DNA of 64,000 bases from Rhina ancylostomus (GCA_030265395.1 JARFYF010000118.1:34794833-34858832), one strand, 5' to 3'. Shown: positions 13,786 through 26,509, counted from the first letter of the stretch. Numbers and translations: made by a program. Notes: generated from the sequence alone by a model not told the origin.

Positions 13786-13978
13786 GATTGGTATTGGTTT
13801 ATTATTGTCACTTGTGCTGAGGTACAGTGAAAAACTTGTCTTGCATAACGATCATACAGGTCAATTCATTACACAGTGTGGTTACAATTGGTTAGAACGA
13901 TTACAGTAAGGGTAATGAGNNNNNNNNNNTCTGTAGAGAGCAGCTTGAAACGAGTCACCATGCTCCGGCGCCATCTTG
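13786..13978 (-). mobile_element. Short non-autonomous Rex1/Babar-related element
   Basis: ggtattggtttattattgtcacttgt tail (reverse complement) plus a gccatcttg end; second copy at 16788-17008. Confidence 0.6.
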
Positions 13979-14225
13979 CTTCTTTGGATTGTCCATTCTG
14001 CTTAATCTATACCTGAAGCGATTCAAGTCATTTCTGGATCAAGTAGCCCAGATTCAATACCAAGGATAATGATTTTAGCAAAGTGGGTCTTTAAACTGTG
14101 GCACCAGATCCTTGTCCTTCTGTTCTCTTGTGAACTACATACAGGATTCCCCAAGCAAATGCATCTTGGCACTCAAGCTAACCAAATGAGTCAATGAGCC
14201 AGAGCGTCTTAATAGGTATGTAGGT

Positions 14226-14228
<3 letters not shown>

Positions 14229-14269
<41 letters not shown>

Positions 14270-14366
14270 CCTGTGCAGCACNNNNNNNNNNNNNNNNNNN
14301 NNNNNNNNNNNNNNNNNNNNNNNNNNNNNNNNNNNTGTGTGCGTGTGTGTATGTGTGTGCGCGCGC
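14229..14366. repeat. (GT)n(GC)n microsatellite, present on both sides of a gap
   Basis: Read directly; the unit tgtgcgcgcgcctgtgcagcac occurs before and after the N run. Confidence 0.85.
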
Positions 14367-15324
14367 CTGTGCAGCACTCTATTGGCACTGTATAGTTGAC
14401 TTAATTGTTATTCTAATATATAGGTTGTCTGCTGTTGTCACTGAAGGGGGTATTATTTTCCCAAATGCCATCACGTCATCTTAAATTAATATAAAATGAA
14501 CTCCCAGTTTACAAAAAAGTGATAAGTTAATGCTTAATTTTTTAAAAAAAATTATGATCAGTTTTACAAATAATTCTATCTTGTGGAAAGATTAATCTCC
14601 CCTCAAAATTTGGATTATCGTTTGGGGTGAAATCCATACAACTGGAAGCTGGAAGGATGGTCCGGGGGTGGGAGAATGCAGTGATCGGAGGGACGAGAGT
14701 AGTCCTGGGCTGCCAGATGTCTGATCCTGAAGATGACTCTTGCTTGGTGATCCTGCTCAGCTCATCAAAGTCCTCAGCAAAGGAGGTGGAGTTGCAGAAA
14801 GTGGGGTCGCTTTACAGTTCCCTACCTACCCCTAAACCTGCAGCAAAATTAACCAGAGCCAAGAATAACAGCTGGCATGGCATCAGAGGAGCCACAAGGC
14901 TGAAGGCACTGAGCACTCTGGCACCCTGATACTTTCAATTTGGCCTCTTATAAAGAGGAGTGATTTTCATTCACATTTTAAGTTTTCTCAGCTCGCTAGC
15001 TTCAACTCCATTATACTTGAGGAAATGCAGTCACCGGCTAATCCCCCATTCAAGCAAGTAAGCGTGCTGAGCCCAAAGTAACTTAGACATCCATGTGGGC
15101 TCACTGACATCAGAGACTCCTCACATTATACCAGCACAGCTTGGTTTCTGGTCCTGGTGTAAGCTGCGGCAGTGGGCATTTGGTACTGTAGATATTCCAA
15201 GGCACCCTCCAGGACATGGTCATCCAACACCTGAAGAGCAGTAATGAGTGAATATTGAAGAGATAATCTTACTGTCCATAAGATCCTCAATACTGAGTCC
15301 TCTCTTGCCTTCTTCAATGAGAAC

Positions 15325-15840
15325 TGCATACAGTTCTGGTCAGCCTGCTACTGCAAGGATGTCATTAAACTGGAGAGGATGCAAAAAAGATTTACGAGGA
15401 TGTTACTAGGACTGGAGGGCTTGGGTTATAAGGAGAGGCTGGATAGGCTGGGACTATTTCCCCTAGAGCATAGGAGGATGAGGGGTTATCTTATAGAGGT
15501 TTATAAAATGAGAATAGCCAAATACTTTTCCCCAGGATAGGGGAGTCCAAAATTAGTGGCATAGGTTTAAAGTGAGAGGGGAAAGATTTAAAGGGGACCC
15601 AAGGGGCAACTTTTTCCATACAGAGGGTGTGTATGTGGAATGAGCTGCCTGAGGAAGTGGTAGACGGGGTGTACAATTGACATTTAAAAGGCATTTGGAA
15701 AGGTACGTGGGTAGGAAACGTTGAGAGGGATATGGGCCAAATACAGGCAAATATGACTAGCTCAGTTCGGCAAATTGGTTGACGTGGATGAGTTGGGCCG
15801 AAGGGTCTGTTTCTGTGCTGTTTAACTCTGACTCTGAGTC
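15325..15840 (+). mobile_element. CR1-type LINE 3' fragment
   Basis: Encodes LERMQKRFTRMLLGLEGLGYKERLDRLGLFPLE; typical gggccgaagggtctgtttctgtgctg...actctg tail. Confidence 0.9.
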
Positions 15841-16219
15841 ACAGTCAGGATTGGCTGAATGGTTCCTTTTGTGTGAATCATTCAGGAAGATGTCACTGTA
15901 GATGCCACGGGTGTGGTAAAATGCATTGTCAAGAAGCTGTCCTGATAGCAGCAGAATGACTCTGCTTTCCACTGACCTTTGTAGTTTGCTTAATGCTTTA
16001 GATGGAATCAAAATGAAGCATCTTATGATCCCACTCAGTCTGGGAGTTTCATGGGGAATGAATCCCAGGACGAGGGTGGTGATGTCTCATGGGTTCTGCT
16101 CAGGGTACCTTCTGTTCACTGTGTCTGTCAAGGATGGGGGTGGGGTCTGGTAGCCAGATTTGCAGAGGAAATGAACATTGGAGGCACAGTGAATAATTCC
16201 TTAAGAAATGTTTTCAAAG

Positions 16220-16390
16220 TAAAAACAAAAAATGCTGTAAAGTCAAGCAACATCTGTGAAGAAACAGAGCTAATGTTTCAGGTCAAAGATCCTTTGTCAG
16301 AACTAGGAAAAGGTTAGAGAACAAGTATACTTTAAGTTGTAGAGAAATGGGAGGGGTGCAGAAAACAAGGGTAATTACAGTGATAGGACA
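16220..16390 (-). mobile_element. Penelope-like element terminus with a decayed minimal hammerhead motif
   Basis: The minus strand reads agtt-CTGACAA-aggatc ttt gacct-GAAAC-ATT-agct (16304->16268). Related pieces at ~19780-19915, 49555-49640 and 62500-62525. Confidence 0.55.
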
Positions 16391-16404
16391 AAGACCAGGA
16401 GAAA

Positions 16405-17110
16405 CACACATGGGTTGGGTGGTGAAGAAAGCATGTAGCCTGGTTGCCTTCATAAGTCGGGGCACAGATGTAAGAGTTGGGATGTTACACTACAACTTTA
16501 CAAAACACTGGTTAGACTACACTTGGGGTATTGAGTGCAGTTCTGATTGCCACACTATAAGAAGGATGTGGTTGTGCTGGAGAGTGCAAAGGAGATTCAC
16601 TAGCACGTTGCTTGGGTGGGAGCACTTCAGTTATGGGGAGAGATTGGACAGGCTGGGCTTGTTTTCCTTGGAGTGAAGGGGGCTGAGGGATGACCTGATA
16701 GAAGCATGTAAGATTATGAGAAGCATAGATAGTATAAATAGTTAAAATCTTTTCTCCCATGATAGGTGTACCAAAAACTAGAGAGTGTATTGGTATCAAT
16801 TTATTATTGTCACTTGTACTGAGGTACAGTGAAAATTGTCTTGCATACCAATCATATAGGCAATTCATTACACAGTGCAGTTACATTGAGTTAGTACAGA
16901 GTGTATTGAGGTAAATTTGAAAGTGCAGTATGATTATAGTAAGGGTAATGAGTAGATCTGTAGAAAGCAGCTTGCAGCAAGTTGCCATGCTCTGGCACCG
17001 TCTTGCCAACAGGTAGTTTTTAAGGTGAGAGGTAGATGCCTTAAAGGGAATCTTATTTTTACAGAGATTAGCTGATATTTGGAAAATGTTGCCAGAGGAA
17101 GTGGTGGGAT
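16405..17110 (+). mobile_element. CR1-type LINE fragment (interrupted)
   Basis: RVQRRFTSTLLGWEHFSYGERLDRLGLFSLE in ORF 16347-16676. Confidence 0.85.
16788..17008 (-). mobile_element. Short non-autonomous Rex1/Babar-related element nested in a CR1 fragment
   Basis: Similar to 13786-13978; splits the CR1 motif aaaactagag...tttaaggtgagagg. Confidence 0.6.
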
Positions 17111-17416
17111 CAGACTCCATGAGTCTTGCTTCAGAAGGCTAAGGGTTTAAGTCTCACCATAGGATTTGAGTGCATCATTGTTTCTCGAGGGCTGTGCTGC
17201 ATTATCAAAGGACTACTTCCAAGTGTCTGCACCTATTTACTTCTGGGCAATATTTAACAAGACCATCACCCTCTCTCAGCCAGCACCGTCTGTTTCATTC
17301 AGTTTCCCATAGAATCAGTTGTACAGAACCAAAACAAGCCCTTTGGCCCACCATATCTATGCTGACCTTTTCACCCCATCTACATAAATCTTATTGTCTG
17401 TCAAAATGCCTCTTAA

Positions 17417-17665
17417 TGTCACAATGTTGATCCAGAGCAAACTCAGAGAACCCAAATGCGGCACACTGATACAAGACTGGAGTCAGGATACNNNNNNNNN
17501 NNNNNNNNNNNNNNNNNNNNNNNNNNNNNNNNNNNNNNNNNNNNNNNNNNNNNNNNNNNNNNNNNNNNNNNNNNNNNNNNNNNNNNNNNNNAGCATGGAA
17601 TCCATGTGCTGGACAACAAGGCATTAATGGATCCAAATTGAGGGCCAGAACTCAGAACCATGACA
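17417..17665 (-). mobile_element. Solo LTR (TGTCA...TGACA) with 5-bp target-site duplication CTTAA, inserted into a CR1 tail
   Basis: cttaa|tgtcac...catgaca|cttaa; both ends match the 42691-43204 copy in reverse. Strand is relative to that copy. Confidence 0.8.
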
Positions 17666-18339
17666 CTTAAATGTAATCATTGTATCTGATCTGGGTCAGT
17701 GCCACTGTTCATCCTGATACCCTGCTGCTTGCTTAGATTTGCTCAAACAGCGACTCTCAATTTTCCTGCTAAACTCAGTATTTTGTTGAACAAAATTAAT
17801 TTGCTATTTATCCCTGTCCCAGTCACGTGGTAGTGCCCTACAATAACAACAATAATTTCCATTTATATAGCACCTTTAACATAGCAAAAACACCCAAAGT
17901 GTTTCATAGGAATGCTATCACTGAGCTATGTAGGGAAATATTAGTGCAAAGGACCAGAAGCTTAGTGAACAAGGTAAATTTGAACAAGTGTCAGATAGGA
18001 GGAGGGGAAAGAGGAGAGTTTAGGGGGAGAATTCCAGAGCTGAACTTGCCGGGAGAAAGCATGTTTGCCATAGTAGATGATACAATTTGAGGATTATTGA
18101 GAGGAGAAAGATGGAAACCCAGGAGTGTTGTGAGCTGGAGAACTTTTCAGGTTTCTGTCAAGCACCATTTAATCTTGTCATATCCAATGTCATCTCTCCT
18201 GAAGACAATGCTGGATTTCATGCTCATTTCCAGCAATGGTTCTGCTTCTGCAGAGCCCATTGCTTTCTTAAGTGGCCCTGCAATCTGACAGTTGTCCAAG
18301 TCGGGCCAGTTTAACCAACCTCCAGCAAGCTTTCTGCAT

Positions 18340-18690
18340 ATACAGAAACATCGATATGTGACTCCTCAGTGCAGCGGTGCTGTTTTGTCAGAGGTTCTCT
18401 CTATAAAATGGGACATTAAACTGAGTTTCCTATCTACTCTCTCAAGTGAATATAGGATATCCCATGCCATTATCTTGAAGGGAAGTAGAGTTCTCTCAAT
18501 GTCCTGGTCAGTACTTATCTCTCAAGTGTTCCTCACTTGTAACAGATTATCTAGGATTTTTTTCAATGTAACGTGGGATTTTGGTTTGTGCTAACAGGCT
18601 ACTGATCTTCTCCCCATTTGAGGAATGGCTACAGTTCAGTTGATGGTATCTCCACAAAGGGTATTATATAAATAGAAATTTCCTTTCAAT
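18340..18690 (+). mobile_element. Deu-domain SINE (SacSINE1/AmnSINE1-like), degenerate
   Basis: tgtcagagg...gacattaaactgag...ctctctcaagtg...atcccatg...aacagattatct core. Confidence 0.65.
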
Positions 18691-19320
18691 ACAACTCTAC
18701 AGCTTGGAATGTTTCTGTCTTATTAGACTATTTTCTTTCTGAAAACCTAAGAACCCATCACTCTGTACAGATCACTCTACACCATGCTTGGCTGCATAAT
18801 TCAACCTTTGGCAATAGTCCTCAAGGGTTCTTCACTACTTTTACCTTGTCCAGTGGGATTTAGTTATTGCTGTCAGTATTAGTGAACCAATTGATATTAT
18901 TGTGGCTAACCTGGAAGACTTCACATATTACTGATCCCGTACTGTCAGGTCTGTCGTTGCATCTTGCCATCTTACAGCTCAGTTTCTTGAGTGGGATATG
19001 AACTCTACATCTCCCTGGTCCTTAGTATTGGCTACTCATCGGTCCTTGCCAAAGCTGCTTCTTGGAGATTTTCACTATCTTCCTTTCCATCCTTTTGTTT
19101 TTTCATCAGGAAATAATTACCAGCATTCCTGAAGGAGAAGCTGGACCTTTTCTCCTCAAACTCTTCTCTAGCTAATGTGTGGTAAAGATCATTCATGTAT
19201 GTCGCAGTTTACCCACTGTGATGAGATAGTTATAATTACTTATAATTATAATATAGTTACTTATTGAAAACCAATAAAATCTAATCAAGATGCTAACTCC
19301 ACCAAACCCGACCTTATCTT

Positions 19321-19775
19321 GTCATAGAGTTGTAGAGTTATACAGCACAGAAACACACTCTTCAGCCCAACTCGTCCATGCTGACCAAAATGTCTATGCA
19401 AGCTAGTCCCATTTGCCTGCATTTGGCCCATATCCCTTTAAATCTTTCCTATCCATGTACCTGTCCAACTGTCTTTTAAACATAGTAAATGTATCTGCCT
19501 CTGCCACTTCCACTGGCAGCTCATTCCATTTACCCACCACCCTCTGTGTGAAAAAGTTGCCCATCAGGATCACTTTAAATCGTCCCCCTTCACCTTAAAC
19601 CCATGCTTTCTGGTTTTAGACCCCCCTACCCTGGGAAAAAGACTGTAACCATCCACCTTACCTACTCCCCTCATGATTTTATGTACCTCTATTAGGACAC
19701 CTCTCAACCTCCTACACTCCAGGGAAAAAAGTCCCACCCTATTGAGCCCCTCTTTATAATTCAAACCCTCCCACA
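19321..19775 (-). mobile_element. CR1-type LINE 3' fragment
   Basis: EGLNYKEGLNRVGLFSLECRRLRGVLIEVHKIMRG on the minus strand, with the family tail. Confidence 0.9.
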
Positions 19776-21529
19776 TGAGGATTTCAGCCTGGAACATCAA
19801 CATTTCCTTTACCCACCCACCCCCCCACCCCACCCAAAGATGCTGCTCAACCCATTGAGTTCCTCCAGCAGATTGTTGCTTCAGCTTCCAGTATCTGCAG
19901 TCTCTTGTGTTTCCTTATCTTGTGTCATTGTTTTGATTTTTAACTCAATTTTTCTTTTAGCAAATTCATTTTATCCTCTCTAGGGATATTTCTAGTTTGA
20001 ACCATTACTCTGTTGGCCCCCCAGTACATTAACAGACATTCTATTCTGAGTTCTGTCAAAGGTAAAGATTACCTGGTAGACAGGGGAAAGATTGTGCTCA
20101 AACCTTCTTGAAAATGACTCCACTCCCCATCAAGTACCCGATGCTACATATGTGGCAGACTTTGCAGTTCCCATATTGACTTTATCAGGCACCTTACAAT
20201 GCACAGAACCCAAAGTGAAAGCAAGTCATTCTTCTTCTTAAGGGACTGCCTAAAAAGAAGATGAAGGGGAATAGAAATCTACTGTTAACTTTCAACGATA
20301 TATTGAGGTCAAATCAAATGCATGATTAACAATGTAGATCTTTCTTTGTGCCATTTTCAAGGCTGAGTTTTTAGTTATATCAAGCAGACCTTGAACACTC
20401 TGTCACTGCATCTCCAAAACCTTTGGCAGAGTCTGGCTACTATATGCCTACTCACCGGACTTGTGTTCACGGCTATCCAGTTTCCTCTCAAGTTATACTG
20501 GGTCTGCTGTAGTTGATGACATGAGCTGTGGTTTAACTCCCCAGGGACTACACTTTTACCCCACTTTGTTCCTCCTTCATATAACGGTCTTCTCTACTTA
20601 TTTTCCTACCCAATTCATTCATTTACCAACATGTCTATGTCACAGCTATCAATGTCCTTCAGGTCAGAAGTCTTCAGTATACGTGGTATCTGGTGTTTTT
20701 GCATTGCAGACTTAAAACATTTCATTTTATGTATCTTCAATGGACCAATAAATATTTTATTTCATTTCCTCAGCATGGTTTATGTTGGAAGTATGGAGGG
20801 ATATGGATCATGTGCAGGCAGAAGGGATTAGGTTATTTTAGCATCATACTCAGCACAGACATTGTGGGCTGAAGGGCCTTTTCCTGTGCTGTACTGTTCT
20901 ACATTCTATGGTTTGCTTATGCTTCTGACACCTATGTCCCATTAGCTTTAATGGCATTGAATTTAGTGCTTTTTCCCATCTGTCAACATCCTGATCCTCA
21001 TTATGTACTCTAACCTCAAGTAAAGATCTCACATTTCCTCCATTGTTAGAGCCACAGAACTCCTTGGGTTCCTCTTTCTAATCAAACACGTCTTTGTTCC
21101 TTAATCATTCTTCCCCTATAAAGACCAAGTCGGAACAGGTTATCTGGGAAGGCTCTTTTAGCGGTTGTGCTTCAAGAGGTAAGAGAATAGAAGAAACATC
21201 AGCTCACTGGCAATTCTTCTCCACCCCAAGCCTGCAATCTGTTATTCCCTGGCATAAGCTCTCTCTTCACTGGTGACTTCCCTCTGCTCCAATCCTGCCT
21301 GTTCCTCTCACCTACAAAATGTTATCCCCTTCCTCCACCACTTTGCCGAAACTAAAGCTGTTTGCACAAATTCCTGCTTTGATGCATGAGTTAAGACAGT
21401 GCAATTCTCATTATTTGACATGCTCTATAATCTTCAGGTCTTTAAGAACTCAGAACTCACCATATAACTGTGTCTGGATTTGACTAAACCATTCTCTTTT
21501 CAAATTTGAAACAGTACTTGGATGTGTAT

Positions 21530-21905
21530 TGATAGGTTAATAGAACTTTATAAAATTATGAGAGGCATAGATAGACAGCTGGTATATTTTCCCCAGGATT
21601 GAAATGTCTAATAATAGATGGTGCATTTAAGGTGAGAGGGGAAAGCTCAAAGGAGATGTGTGGGGCACATTTTTTTTACAGAGAGTAGTGGATGCTTAGA
21701 ATGCACTGCCAGGGGTGGTGGTTGAGGCAGATAAAATAGAGGCATTTAAAAGGGTCTTAGATAGGCACATGAATATTCAGAGAATGGAGGGAAATGGACC
21801 ATGTGCAGCCGAAGGGCTTGGGTGTCATGAGCTTGATTAGTTCAGCACAATATCATGGGCTGAAGGGCTTGTTCCTGTGCTATACTCTTCTATGTTCTAT
21901 ATGTA
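21530..21905 (+). mobile_element. CR1-type LINE 3' fragment
   Basis: tataaaattatgagaggcatagatag...ttctatgttctat tail. Confidence 0.85.
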
Positions 21906-22074
21906 CTAGAGATATATATCCATTAGGGCTATGGATTTGCTACTGAAAGGTGGGATTAGGTGAGGTAGTCTTTCATAACCAACACAAACATTATGGGTTG
22001 AATGGCCTCATTCTGTTTTGTAATTTTTCTCTAATAATATGTACTGTCCCTGTGCCTGGCGTCATGTAAGATAT

Positions 22075-22350
22075 CTTTAATAGTCACATGTACATCAAAA
22101 CACACAGTGAAATACATCTTTTGCGTAGAATGTTCTGGGGGGCAGCCCGCAAAAGTCGCCACACTTCTGGCGCCAATATNNNNNNNNNNNNNNNNNNNNN
22201 NNNNNNNNNNNNNNNNNNNNNNNNNNNNNNNNNNNNNNNNNNNNNNNNNNNNNNNNNNNNNNNNNNNNNNNNNNNNNNNAGCGGCAGGAATTGAACCCGG
22301 GTAACTGGAGCTGTAATCGCATTACACTAACCACTGCACTACCATGGCTG
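22075..22350 (-). mobile_element. tRNA-derived SINE
   Basis: Reverse B-box ggaattgaacccggg with an A-box region; LINE-like tail. Confidence 0.75.
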
Positions 22351-23064
22351 CTTCCTTGAGCTTGGTGTCACAATAAAAGAAAATTCACGTTCAGATATAT
22401 AAGGGAATCTTGAACCCTTTGTAGAAGTTTCTATGATTCTCCAGACAGGCAAGCACACAATACTTGAGTTGCAATCCTATTAAACACTGCAGCAGATAGT
22501 GCTCACTCTTCATACTTAATGGGCCAGATCTTGTAACCCGATCACCTGTCCAGAAAGGCCACTTGTGCCCCGCACCACACCTGTACTAACCTGGTCCCGA
22601 TGTGGAGAGCCAATCCGGCCTGAAGACTCTAGCAATGTTTTCTGGAGAGTAGCAGGGCCTCCAAAGTGGTGATGAGGAAACCCTGCCCCTGATCTTGCCT
22701 TAAATGTTTTGATAGCTTTGACAGCTGGTGAAGTCCCACCCCTAAGCTTGGCCAGCTACAAAGGCTATGAGTGATTTTAATTATTTTTAAATGTTTTTGA
22801 CATTTAGGTGCATTTGATAACTATTTAACAATTAACATTTTATAAAACAGCTAAAATAATAATGAAGAAATAATTATAAACAATTTAAAGAAAACAAAAG
22901 AACAATCGTTGTAAAAATATCACTTGGCCTCTCCTCTGTCTCCTAATTTGTTGCCCTGAAATCCCCAGTGGATTCTCAAATCCAGGAACAAGCATGGGCC
23001 ACACCACTGGATTCCATGTGGAATTTAGCCGTGGAAGCAACCGCAGAATTAGCCTTCTGAATAT

Positions 23065-23260
23065 ATCTGCTTTCCAAATCTCTTGTTAGATTTCTGAACA
23101 GTCCACAAACCCATGAACATTACCTCGTTATTCTTTTTTTTGCACTATTTATTTATTTTTATAATTTATGATTATGTTTTTGCACTGTACTGCTACCACA
23201 AAAGCAACAAATTTCACGTCATATAAGTCAGTGATAATAAATTAATAGAACTGATTCTGA
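23065..23260 (+). mobile_element. Rex1/Babar-like LINE 3' UTR
   Basis: tgcactgtactgct...caacaaatttcacgtcatat...aataaa...ctgattctga tail. Confidence 0.6.
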
Positions 23261-23289
23261 TAGTCAGGTATCATAGGGTCTGATCTAAA

Positions 23290-23303
23290 CCACTAGGTGG
23301 CAC
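23290..23303 (+). promoter_or_regulatory. Candidate CTCF site (CCACTAGGTGGCAC)
   Basis: Near-perfect CTCF core; motif evidence only. Confidence 0.5.
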
Positions 23304-24141
23304 ACTCTATGCCATTCGAAGGAGGGTTGTGGGGGAAGAGATTGGGGGCTGGTGCAGGATACAGAAAGCCTCATTGGGTCTGAGTTGAATGAATAGAAGC
23401 ATACCCATCAGTTGTACAGTCTCCTGTGTGACAATTGAGGACTCCTAGAGCCCAGGGTAATGAAATGTCAATCAAAAGACAGAAAATGGGGAGGATGGGG
23501 GTTGTTGCGTGGGCAGGGTAGATTTAAGAAAGACCTAATGTCTAGAGCAACATGGCCTTTGTCATTCATGGAACTTTGCATGCAATGCCAGGTTTGGAAG
23601 CAACATTAGTGCTGCAGATCATACCACTGCATGAGGCAATAGATACTGTGCGTTAAGTAGGTCTTGCAGAAACATTTAATAAAGAGGGCTTTCTTGTAAA
23701 GTAATGAGTTATATTCATGTCTGCCAGGGAAGTAAATACCGTATTCATTAAGAAAACTTGAAGTTGAAAGATTTCTATCTCAGAAAGATTCCTGTAAATT
23801 GCCACAGTGCAGAGATGGATATTTCAGGGCTGTGTGAAGACATTTTAGGAAGGCCATTTTGTTACCTAAAGTGCCTAAAAAAGATACTATTTTCTTTTCA
23901 CATGCTTATTTAAATACGGGCAACCTATAAATTTCATTCCAAGCTCTTTTTGATTTTGGAGTTTTGCTTTTGGCACTTTTTTTTCTGAGTATTTCTTTAT
24001 TGGTCTTAAATTTTTCCTGATGCAGGTTTGGTGGTAAGCAACTTTTCTGTCTCTTGTTTTCTTTTGACTTATGGCTTTGGAAAGGCTGGTAGCCTCATAA
24101 ATGTGACTGTGAATGACTCCTGAAGGGATAGTGTGATGATA

Positions 24142-24162
24142 TGTGTGTGTCTCTCTCTCTCC

Positions 24163-24199
<37 letters not shown>

Positions 24200-24220
24200 C
24201 ATATATATATATATATATAT
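24142..24220. repeat. Compound (TG)(TC)n(AT)n microsatellite
   Basis: Read directly from the sequence. Confidence 0.95.
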
Positions 24221-24309
24221 GTAGTTAGTGGTCAGCTGGGCAGATAAAACATTTAAAACTTCCCTCCAACAACATCCAGGGCACAGCATAATCCTTGACT
24301 GCCTCCCCG

Positions 24310-24680
24310 TCCATCACCCTGAACTACTGGCACACATTTGCATCTACAAAATGCAATGCACTTACTTGCCCAGGCTGCTCCAGCAGCACCTGCCACACCT
24401 GCAGCTTCTGCCACCGTGAAAATTAAGGTCAGCAGGTGTTTGAGAACACTCATCCTTTGCAAGCCCCTCACACACCAGCTGACTTAGAAATATATCACCG
24501 TTCCTTCATCATCACTGTGCCTAAACCCTCAAAGTCCCACCTCAATTGTAGTGCAAGAGCACCCTCACCACACAAAAGAGCAGAGGTTCAAGAAGAATGC
24601 TTGTTATTTCCATCACAATGACAAGTAGGGATGGCCTAGTCGGTAATACTGCTCGTAACTACATTTTTAAAAAAACACAA
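24310..24680 (+). mobile_element. Degenerate LINE 3' end (CR1/L2 group)
   Basis: catctacaaaatgcaatgca...gacttagaaatatatcaccgttccttcatc...A-rich end; recognised as a common elasmobranch LINE tail. Confidence 0.6.
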
Positions 24681-24839
24681 GGTTCTGGATTTAACTGAGG
24701 CAGAACAAAAGGCAAAGTACTGGTCTGATTCAAGGAGGATGGGCCTATCTTAGTGATGGTGATTAAATCACTTTTATTAGTTTAACCCTTGCTGTCCTGA
24801 TGGCCCAAGCCTTGAGAAACCCAGACAGGAAGACAGGAA

Positions 24840-25447
24840 GGCCTTCATCAGTCAGGATATCGAGTATAGGAGGTGGGACGTTATGTTACAGTTATATAAG
24901 ATGTTGGTGAGGCCACACTTGGAGTATTGTGTACAATTTTGTTCGCCCTAGTACAGGAAAGATGATATTAAACTAGAGTGCAGAAAAGATTTTCCAGGAT
25001 GTTCTGCACTTAGTGGCCTGAGGAAAAGTTACGTGGAGTGGTACTTTATTCCCTGTAATGTAGGAGATTGAGGGGTGACCTGATAGAGGTATATAAGATC
25101 ATGAGGGGTATAAACAGGGTGAAGGCACACAGGNNNNNNNNNNNNNNNNNNNNNNNNNNNNNNNNNNNNNNNNNNNNNNNNNNNNNNNNNNNNNNNNNNN
25201 NNNNNNNNNNNNNNNNNNTAAAAGGGACATCAGGAAAAGGGTGGTGAGTATTTGGATTTAGCTGCCAGAAGTTGTGGTTGAGGCTGACACATTGGCAACA
25301 TTTAAAAGACATCTAGATAAGTACATGAATCAGAGAGGTTTAGAGGGCTATGGGCCAAACATGAGTCGATGGGACTATCTTGCTGGGCAACACAGTTGGC
25401 GTGGGTGAGTTAGGGTGAAGAACCTGTTTCCATGCTGTATGACTATG
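24840..25447 (+). mobile_element. CR1-type LINE 3' fragment
   Basis: LVRPHLEYCVQF motif (ttggtgaggccacacttggagtattgtgtacaattt) and the family tail. Confidence 0.9.
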
Positions 25448-26509
25448 ACAAATGGCAAGTGGCTCTGCAGTGCTGTTGGGCAGGGAGGTGAGATGGAGAA
25501 GGAATCCTTTTTCCTGAAGTCCCAAATTGCCCCACTCTGGATCCAAAGGCCATCCCTGCCAATCAGAAATCAGCCACCCCAATGATGGGAACACCACTGC
25601 CTGTTCACCCCTCTAAAACTGCGGATTGGGTTGTCTGTCTCTCTCTGCCCTCACCCTACTCTCCCACGAGCAGCTGGAGTGATTGAGTAGGGATCAGAAT
25701 TAAAAACTAAGTATTGTTATTCACAACAAAGGCCACAATTGTCTCTGGCTGTGAACAGGCTAAGTGCTCAGCTTGACCTAACAGGCAAGTGATGGAGTTT
25801 ACCCATTTCTGACACAAACAGGATCTCACTTTCCACTCCCAACCAATCACTTCACTCCCAGCCTATCCAACACATACCACTGGACAAGGAATGGTAAATA
25901 GAAATAGCATTGTAAATTGAGACTTCTGGACAATTGTGCATACACCAAGACCCAGGGGTGCTGTTAGATGTTTAACTCTGTAACTCTCACCAATACACTA
26001 TAAAGCATTTTTAGAACCCTTCAAAGTAATGGACCTTGTTTTGTTGAGGCAGGGCAGCTTACACCATCTGCCATTATTTAGAGATGCCCTTGTCACTTTA
26101 GTTTTTGAATTTTCTGACTGATAAGGCAAGGATATAACAATGTTGTTGGGTTGGGCAGGGAAAACAAGAACCCACACTTAAATGCAAAGGGAAAGCTACT
26201 GTGCATCTTCTTAACCAAACAGATTGAAGCTTTGTGTAGAGAATGAGCGGGGAGTTGATTTCTTGTCACTTGCATTCAATGTACAATCAGATTCAAATTG
26301 GGGGAAATAAAAAAAGAAAGGAAGATGAGACTGAGAGGAAAAAAGACACAACAGAAAGGTTATGTTAAAAGAAAAATCAGCCACATTTAAAACCTGTTGG
26401 AATAATACTGATCTTACAGTAGAATCAGAATCAGATTTATTGTCACTGACTTAGATGACATGAAATTTGCTGTTTCACAGCAGCAAGAGTTAATTTTCAG
26501 TGCTGCAGG

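Noticed and set aside
15120-15330. Minus-strand FRC-LDDHVLEGALEY, resembling the Harbinger transposase RFRCLD..GGALQY motif
   Set aside because: A single short block that needs a frameshift, with no flanking motifs recognised.
22668-22695. C-box/D-box-like pair gtgatga...ctga
   Set aside because: The spacing is far too short for a C/D snoRNA and there is no terminal stem.
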